A stretch of DNA of 64,000 nt. It comes from Phoronis australis (Eukaryota > Animalia > Phoronida). This document shows, piece after piece, positions 56,701-64,000 of this stretch. A program made the translations under genes and the position numbers. How positions within the stretch are numbered: the first letter of the stretch is position 1; each line of letters starts with the position of its first letter. The notes under the pieces are model-generated. The model did not search any database, had not been told where the DNA came from, and saw only the letters and a program-made list of their open reading frames with translations. Where the stretch lies: positions 1 through 64,000 of the forward strand of contig NMRA01000096.1 in the NCBI GenBank assembly GCA_002633005.1, written 5' to 3'.

Positions 56701-57974
56701 CGCTGTTCTTCACAAAAACCCGCTGTTTCATTTCATCTCCAGACGACAGCTGATTCCAAATACAAGCTAAACTTATACATCAGTCTAGTCCATTTTTAAG
56801 CGTTCCCAAATCCATTTAGGCTAATTTTTTATCTATTTTTGGGAGAAAATGATCCCAACATAACTTTTCACAAAGCCAAACAGTTCTAAAAATCACCAAT
56901 TTTAGTCCAGGATACATCAGTTTATTTTACCCAGTGTTTTATTGGCCTGACATCATCGCTAATACCCTAATACCATAATTATCTGCTGTTCCACACACAA
57001 GGACCTTAGATCAGTGATCCCGATAAACAGGCTTCTTGACAACAGAAGCACCAGTGCAAATCTATCAATGAACTGCAAGGTGTCTTAAAATGGACTGAGT
57101 TTCTAATGTCACTCTGTTTCAGGCAATTCTTGACAACACCATAGTTATATGGGCCAAACTGAGCTCCATCATAAAGTACGCACAGCAGAATGAGATAAGA
57201 TACATCTGTGAGAACAGCCATCGCTGGGATATCACTCGCGGACTCCAGCTCATCTGCAAATACCCCGACGACCTGAGCCCGTGTAACTACGCTGACCAGC
57301 GTTACCTTATGGGGATTGTCTGCGACATGGAATATCTGGCTCAACCAGTAAGGATTAAATCAGAAATGCTCTTCATATTTGGATCCGTCCACATATTTTG
57401 TTTTCCTCCCAAATGTATAAGTACAACCACTGCAAAATCTAAAATGAAAACTGAGTTTTGACACCAGATCGCACAGTGAAAACCCAAAGGCAAAGGATTT
57501 GTTAGATAATCACATACAGTTACTCACTAATTTAAACAAGTTTTCAGTAATGGGGCCTTTTGTTCCTTACGAATACGTCATTGAAATATAGAAAACAGAA
57601 TTTATTCTGTTCACTTAAAACAAGCCAGCTTTTACTCTAAGTTTTAAACCCTTCATTAACTCCACTCAATAACTCAATAATCAAGTTATGGTAACTACAA
57701 ATTACTACGGACATTTGCATGATTTATGCCATCGAGTAAATTAACACGACAAATAGGTCGTGTAATTGAACAGTGTTTTATTGGCTTGACACTTTCCTTT
57801 CAGTTAACATTTTACATGTCCAATGAGGTCTCCACTCAGGCCCCTCAGCCAGACATTGAGAATTCTGTGGAAGGAAGATGGTACGTACTGTCCAGCCTCT
57901 ATCTGACCATGAGACAGGCAGCTCAGTCGGTGGAGGATATCAACGCCATGGCTAACATGGTCAAGGCAAATTAA
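53755..57974 (+). CDS. Nested 5-exon secreted protein (341 aa), candidate long-chain four-helix cytokine (IL-6/G-CSF/Unpaired-like)
   Basis: Exons 53755-53779, 54974-55440, 55881-56018, 57123-57347 and 57804-57974 (1026 nt), all GT-AG, one open frame ending TAA; signal peptide MKTTTINTNCVAILVFLSLYVASRTTA; intron phases 1,0,0,0. Confidence refers to the gene model; the family call is less certain. Confidence 0.85.
54770..54946. repeat. 58-59-bp tandem repeat, 3 copies
   Basis: CACGGTTGTCAGCAACCTTAATTCATTATATCTTGTG at 54770, 54829 and 54887. Confidence 0.9.
54974..55440 (+). CDS. Nested gene exon 2 (signal peptide end, Thr/Ser-rich stalk, helix A)
   Basis: ttttattgtag|AC CVAILVFLSLYVASRTTAMPTRR...EDEDLVDTLAWQMKTELITRNGTAFKALHNY|gtaagt. 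Confidence 0.85.
55881..56018 (+). CDS. Nested gene exon 3 (A-B loop)
   Basis: tttccag|VKEYSSLFTSNSIYESLQTQIRHWAKEPDFQLPAVSSSLMPRASKQ|gtgtgt. Confidence 0.8.
57123..57347 (+). CDS. Nested gene exon 4 (helices B and C, 4 Cys)
   Basis: tgtttcag|AILDNTIVIWAKLSSIIKYAQQNEIRYICENSHRWDITRGLQLICKYPDDLSPCNYADQRYLMGIVCDMEYLAQP|gtaagg. Confidence 0.85.
57804..57974 (+). CDS. Nested gene exon 5 (C-D loop, helix D, stop)
   Basis: ctttcag|LTFYMSNEVSTQAPQPDIENSVEGRWYVLSSLYLTMRQAAQSVEDINAMANMVKAN TAA. Confidence 0.85.
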   Translation, partial: LTFYMSNEVSTQAPQPDIENSVEGRWYVLSSLYLTMRQAAQSVEDINAMANMVKAN

Positions 57975-58616
57975 ACAACCGATTGTCCAAGAAATCTTCA
58001 GTAAATTCCATAGAGTTGCTGCATCTATTATTTATATTGTTTTTGTTTTTAAGTTAATTGTTTTAATTTATTTTTTCTTCAGTATTATCTTTGAAGTGTT
58101 GCACTTTCAAAAGGTCATAATGCATGTTAAGTGGACGTTTAAGTAATGCATGTTAAGTGGCCGTTTAACAGACTTACTTATAATGCATAATGTTAATTTT
58201 GATTTTTATGGGAGTAACGTAAACTAAAAACTACATTGTTAAAAGCTAACTGCAACTGTCATTAGATTCATTTTACAATAATTTTTACTGATAGTGAAAA
58301 ATAGGCGTATAAAAAATCATATCATTACCTTTACTGGCTATTGCTTGTAAAAAAAAGAGATTGCTGTATGTGACGCTTTTTAGTCACAGTTTCTTGACTT
58401 ATTTATTGCATAAAGTTAGATGTGGATATATTTTATCAAGCATAATAATCCGAAAGAGTATAACTCTCTAGTCATGGTGATGAACTGTTTATGTTGAATG
58501 AGTGTCATGAAATGGCAATATTTTGTGTCTGTATTAATTTATGTTGTGAACGAGAATATAAAAGCCAAGTTGAAATCAAAGCTTTATCTTTTCAAAAAAT
58601 CCCAATCCAAACATAC

Positions 58617-60273
58617 AACAAGAGCACTGCGGAGCATTGGAATGTGCCCACGAATGCACCGCAAACGGGATGCTTCTAGGGATGCTTATTTGTATCATAA
58701 AAATGGACACTACATGGTGCAATGTCCAATCCATCCGAAAATGGAAACATGATAACGCTTCTTTAATAGAAAGCTATTTATCAAATTTCATAAAATCTGT
58801 TAAAGAACCTCAGAGAAACAAAAGGAAACACAAAAACAAAATTGCCACACGGGCACACAGCATTCGTTGAATCCACCTAAAAGTCGTCATCTGTTGTTAG
58901 CTTCAAATAAAAGCACTTGCTAAATTTAATAAAGATCCTGCTGTGGGTTTAGGAGAAACAGTTATGGACCAAAACAAAACTACCACTAGAAGGCACCACA
59001 GTAGTCAAAGTCGTTATCGTGAACAGTCCTCTTCACACTGAAAACATAAACGCCACGTTTCAAAACCATCTTTTGAAAGATTTGGTTGATAGAGGGATGG
59101 ACAACAAAAAACAGACTCGAAAACAGCAAAAATGGAGGACACTAGATGGCGCAAAATTCTTCGGTTCCATCCAAAAACAGGAGGATAGCATCATCTCACC
59201 AACAGATGCCTGTATTCAAAATTATATGAAAATCCGTTGAGGATCCTTGAAGATACAGAGGTAAACGTAAAATCTAAAATTGCCACCAGGGGGTACACCA
59301 GTAGTCAGATCTGTCCGAAAGTCGTCGTTCTTCTTTGTCAACATCATATAAATACACTGATTAAATTTAGTAGAGATCCTGCAAACGGTTTAAGAGATAC
59401 AGCCATGAGCCTAATTTTCAAAATCATCCTCAGAATGGTTTGGTTGATAGAGCGTGGACTCAAAAATAACAAAAATGGCCACTAGGTGGTGTAAACTACA
59501 CCGAATCCAGCCTAAAACACAGGATAGCGTCATCTCGCTAACAGATGCCTATACGCCAAATGTTACAAAAATCCGTTGAGGACCTTTGAAGATACAGAAG
59601 TAAGCGTAAAACACTAAAATTGCCTATAGGGAGCACACTGGTAGTCCGATCCATCCGAAAGTCGTTGTCATCCGTTGTCAACATCATATAAATAAACTTT
59701 TTAAATTTAATAATGATCCTGCAAAGGTTTAGGAGATATAACCATTGATGCAAAAAAATAACAAATCTGTCACTAGGTGGCGCCACAGTAGTCAAAGTCA
59801 TTGGAAAATCATCATGAGTCGTCCTCTTCATAACAAGAACATACGTACCAATTTTCACAATCATCCTTAGAGCAGTTTGGTTGATAAAGGGGTGGATGCC
59901 AAAAAACACACTCGAAAACAGTAAAAATGGCCATTAGGTGGCGCAAACTATGTTGAATCCACCCAAAAGCAGGGGGATAGTGTCATCTCAATAATAGATG
60001 CCTATATGTCAAATTTTATGAAAATGCTTTAAGGACCTTTACACAGGTGAGCGTAAACAATATAATTGCTACTAGGGAGCACACCGATAGTCGGATCTGT
60101 CCGAAAGTTTGCTCAGGCAGTCCCATCCAAGAAAGGAACATGCTCGCAAAATTTCATGAAAAAACTTCAACGGGTTTTGGAGATAGAGTAGCAGATGCCG
60201 GACAGACGCCAGACGGACGGAGACGACGGCATAATCTGTACAGTGCACATATAAATATGTGGGCACATAAAAA
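58617..60273 (+). mobile_element. HINE-type non-autonomous Helitron/Helentron with internal ~150-bp tandem core repeats (copy 1)
   Basis: 5' AACAAGAG...ATGTGCCCAC (58642-58651) inverted to 3' GTGGGCACAT (60259-60268); (GGAC)n microsatellite at ~60200; terminal hairpin CACATAT-AA-ATATGTG; ends in ATAAAAA. Confidence 0.7.
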
Positions 60274-60296
60274 TTGGTTAACTGACTTATTGGCAA

Positions 60297-60527
60297 GCCT
60301 CGGTGGCGTAATGATAAAGGTATATGACTGTCTATCCTGCTACCTGGTCAATGCTCAGCTTTGTCATGCAGTACATTCAGTCTTGTAAGAGTGGGGACAT
60401 TCCAGGCTAAGGATGAGTACGTACAGTGAGGATATCCCAGGCCAAGGATGAGTACGTAGGGTGGGGACATCCCAGGCCAAGGATGAGTACACACAGTGGG
60501 GACATTCCAGGCCAAGGATGATTGCGT
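60297..60527 (+). repeat. SINE-like head followed by a 35-bp minisatellite (4 copies)
   Basis: A-box-like GGTGGCGTAATG; units GTGGGGACATTCCAGGCCAAGGATGAGTACGTACA starting at 60391, 60426, 60461 and 60496. Confidence 0.75.
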
Positions 60528-60999
60528 AAAACGACCATCCACACTCTGCGATGGTTTTAATCTTGTTGAAGTTTGCAAGTATATAAACTCTAGGTAACTA
60601 CCGGTAGTTAGGAGGCAAAACAAAAGCAGGTTCAGTACAGAGAATTGATTCATGTTTAATGGCAAGACACAATTTGTCACAGGGAATCCATTCTCCATCG
60701 GTGGTTTAAAACACAAAGGAATTCAAGGCCAGACAAGTTTTAATGACTGTTCGATGCTTTAGTTCACAATGGAATATTTCAAACCGTCAAACACCTAAAT
60801 TAATTTCCACTCACAATTACAGACACAGTAAGCATGACATGGCAATTAATGTGATTGATAAATGCAGTCCTAAATGACCATGCATATATGTCAAATAAGT
60901 CAAATTTAGTGAGTGTGTAATAAGTAATTATGTTTCAAAGTACCTAATGAGACGTCATTATGGAAAATGAGAGCAAAACAGGATTCACACTGAAAATGG

Positions 61000-61043
61000 A
61001 CTGCATCACACTGCACTGCACTGCACTACACTGCACTGCACTA
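61000..61043. repeat. (CTGCA)n pentanucleotide microsatellite
   Basis: Direct reading. Confidence 0.85.
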
Positions 61044-61075
61044 GAACATTAAAAGCTCTGAAGCACAAGAACACG

Positions 61076-63399
61076 AATAAGAGTGACGCGGAGTGTTGAA
61101 ATGTGCTCACCAATGCATCACAAACTGTGTGCTTTTAGGCTTGTTCATTTGTGTCATAAAAATGGCCACTAATAAGATGGCACAAAAACATACAATCCAT
61201 TCGAAAATGAAAACATGTCGTAGCTTCCTTAATAGAAAGCTATTCACCAAATTTCATACAAATCTGTCACGGAATTTCAAAGAAAAAAAGGAAAACAGAA
61301 TAAAATGAAATTGCCACTAGGGGGCACAGTGTTCATTGGATCCGCCTGAAAGTCGACACTGGCTGTTGTTAGCTTCACATAAATACACATACTAAATTTA
61401 ATAAAGATCCAGCAGTGGGCTTAGGAGATACAGCTATGGGCGCAAAACAAAATAAAATGATTGGAGAAGCCACAATAGTCAAAGTCGTCATCGTCAACCA
61501 TCCTCTTCACCCAGAGAACATAATTTTTAAAACCATCCTTAGAATGATTTGGTTGACAGATGGATGTTCCCAAAAAACAGACTTGAAAACAGCAAAAATG
61601 GCCACTAGGTGGCGCAAAATTCCTCGATTCCACTCAAAAAGGAGGATAGCGTCATCTCACCAATACATGCCTATATTCAAAATTTTATGAAAATCCGTTG
61701 AGGACCTTTGAAGAGGCAAAAGTAAAATCTAAAATTGCTACCAGGGGGCACACCAGTAGTCAGATCCATCCGAAAGTCGTCGTTGTTCTTTGTCAACATC
61801 ACATAAATACACTTATTAAATTTGGTAAAGAACCTGCAAATGGTTTAAGAGATACTGCACTGGGCACAAAAACGAAATTGCCACTACGAGGCGCTACAGT
61901 AGCTGATGTCATCAGAAAATCATCGTCAGCTGTCTACTTCATAGTAAAAACATACATGCGAATTTTCACTATTATCCAGAAAGCGATTTGGTTGATGGAG
62001 GGCTGGAGGCCAAAAACAGACTAGAAAACAGTAAAAATGGCCACTAGGTGGCGTAACTAAGTCAAATCCATCTGAAAACGGAAAGATAGCGTCACTACAC
62101 TAACAGAAGCCTGTACGCCAAATTTTTTTAAAATACGTTGAGGACCTATGAAGATACAGAGGTCAACGTAAAAAAAAATAAAATTGTCACCAGGAAGCAC
62201 ACCAGTAGTCAAATCCGTCCGTAAGTCGTAGTCGTCCTTTGTCAACATCATATAAAGGCACTTACTAAATTTAGTAATTTAAAAGATCCTGCAGATGGTT
62301 TAGGAGATACAGCCACAGGCGCAAAAAAAACAAAGCTGCCACTAGGAGGCGCCACAGTCATCAAAATCAGCGGAAAATCATTGTCAGCCGTTCTCTGCAT
62401 AGTAAGAACATATATGCCAATTTCCATAATCATCCTTAGAGCACTTTGGTTGATGGAGGGGTGGACGCCTAAAAACAGACTCGAAAACAGTAAAAACGGC
62501 TACTAGGTGGCGCAACTAAGTCGAATCCATCTGAAAACGGAAAGATAGCGTCACCACACTAACAGAAGCCTGTGCGCCAACAGCAACACCACCAACAACC
62601 GTCAGACAGAGCCTGATCAACTCTGTTGTCCCATTTACTAGAGATGGTCTTGGTTTAGAGACGAAACCATTAAGGACAGCAAGAGACCAACTGAAGATGG
62701 CGGTTGAGCACAGTTCCATCAAGTGTTTAAAGTAAGTTTGAAATACGTTGAGGACCTTTGAAGATACAGAGGCTAACATAAAAAAATAAAATTGCCACCA
62801 GGGGGCACACCCGTAGTCAATTACGTCTAAAATTCGTCGTCGTCCTTTGTCAACATCATATAAATGCACAAAGCTGCCACTAGGAGGCGTCACAGTTGTT
62901 GAAATCTTCGGAAAATCATTGTCAGCAGTCCTCTTCATAGTAAGAACATATATGCCAATTTCCACAATCATCCTTAGAGCAGTTTGGTTGATGGAGGGGA
63001 GGACACCTAAAAACAGACTCGAAAACAGTAAAAATGGCCACAAGATGGTGCAAATTATGTCGAATCTATCCGAAAACGGGAGGATAGCGTCATCTCACCA
63101 ATAGATGCCTACATGCCAAATTTTATGAAAATATGCTAAAGACCTTTGAAGATATAGAGGTAAGCGGAAAAAACTAAAACTGCCACTAGGGGGGCACACC
63201 GGTAGTTGGATCAGTCCGAAAGTTTGCCCATGCCGTCCCATTTATAAAAGGAACACCTGCAAAATTTCATGAACATAGGTCAAACGCTTTTGGAATTAGA
63301 GCAGCAGACGCCAGATGCCGGACGGACGGATGTCGCCCGGACGGACGGACGAAGATGAGGGCATAATTCATCCACATATAATTATGTGACGCATAAAAA
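61076..63399 (+). mobile_element. HINE-type element, copy 2 (longer core array, with a foreign insert)
   Basis: Same 5' end (AAGAG...AATGTGCTCAC), core monomers, (GGAC)n at ~63320-63352 and 3' hairpin CACATA-TAAT-TATGTG followed by ATAAAAA. Confidence 0.7.
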
Positions 63400-64000
63400 T
63401 GCAAGTGCTACACAAAAAAAACAATGTACTCCCAGTTGACACACTGCAAACTCAAAGCTCACTGGGTGCTCACAATGCCGAACTTCCAGTAAAATTGAAA
63501 TTTGCAGGGGGTGCAGTGCTAGTCATCTGAAATTCGACAGGTGCTCTCCTCTCATTACCGAAATACAGTGACTATCTCAATCGTTTAACTTCAAAAACAT
63601 CAATCTACCAGTCTGACAGTTCAAAAGGTGGAAATTAAACAATTATCAAATTGCCTCCAGTAGGCACTTTTCAAGCGTGAATTTGTTCGAAAATAAGCGA
63701 ATGCAGTCTTCGCGTTACTAAAAACATTTAGCAAGCAAACTAACCAGCTTACTTCCACTAAGATCAGGGAAGCAGTTTTTCAGAAAAGGAAAGGTAAAAA
63801 TTACTACATAACAAAGCAAAATAGACAGCTCCATCCACAAAACAGAAAAGTACTGACTGATCCTTGAGAGGAGCACATTTAGTAAACTATCACAAAAGTC
63901 TATCAGGAAACTTGGTAAATATTAATTTAAAAGTAAAAAAGAAGTAAAATTGACACTTGGTGGCAAAACAAAAGTTACGAGCACCCAATCGGTTGAAATC

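Noticed and set aside
57006-57344. 112-aa minus-strand ORF considered as an upstream GCN2 exon
   Set aside because: No pseudokinase similarity; the + strand frame with proper splice sites explains the region.
60391-60527. CRISPR-like array
   Set aside because: Head-to-tail 35-bp units with no unique spacers, no cas genes, eukaryotic context.
58491-63104. Cluster of 60-175-aa ORFs with mutually similar sequences
   Set aside because: Chance frames through tandem HINE core monomers; no Rep/helicase motifs.

Overview
AT-rich, repeat-dense animal genomic DNA. The intron structure and the HINE/MITE repeat landscape suggest a lophotrochozoan such as a mollusc (inference). The main gene is GCN2/EIF2AK4 on the minus strand: 23 coding exons can be spliced by hand with GT-AG boundaries in one continuous frame (3347 nt; kinase, HisRS-like and C-terminal domains; stop at 20974). 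Its RWD and pseudokinase exons are not in the window and should lie beyond its right end. In the long interval 5' of the first visible GCN2 exon, on the opposite (+) strand, is a complete 5-exon gene (53755-57974, 341 aa) that the ORF track shows only in fragments. It has a signal peptide, a Thr/Ser-rich stalk, four amphipathic helix-like segments, intron phases 1-0-0-0, a TATA promoter with a perfect NF-kB site and an AU-rich 3' UTR. This is the signature of a long-chain four-helix (IL-6/G-CSF/Unpaired-like) cytokine and is the most interesting object here. Directly downstream are two Helentron-type (HINE) elements carrying co-oriented arrays of CTCF-consensus motifs, one with a foreign exon-like insert, and a 35-bp minisatellite of kB-like sites. 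The rest is transposon debris (THAP, AcademX-like, DIRS, L1/Tx1, Kolobok-, Harbinger-, pogo- and hAT-like MITEs, tRNA-derived SINEs) plus an 840-bp duplication around the single N that is probably an assembly artefact. No database searches were possible, so family calls rest on recognised motifs.
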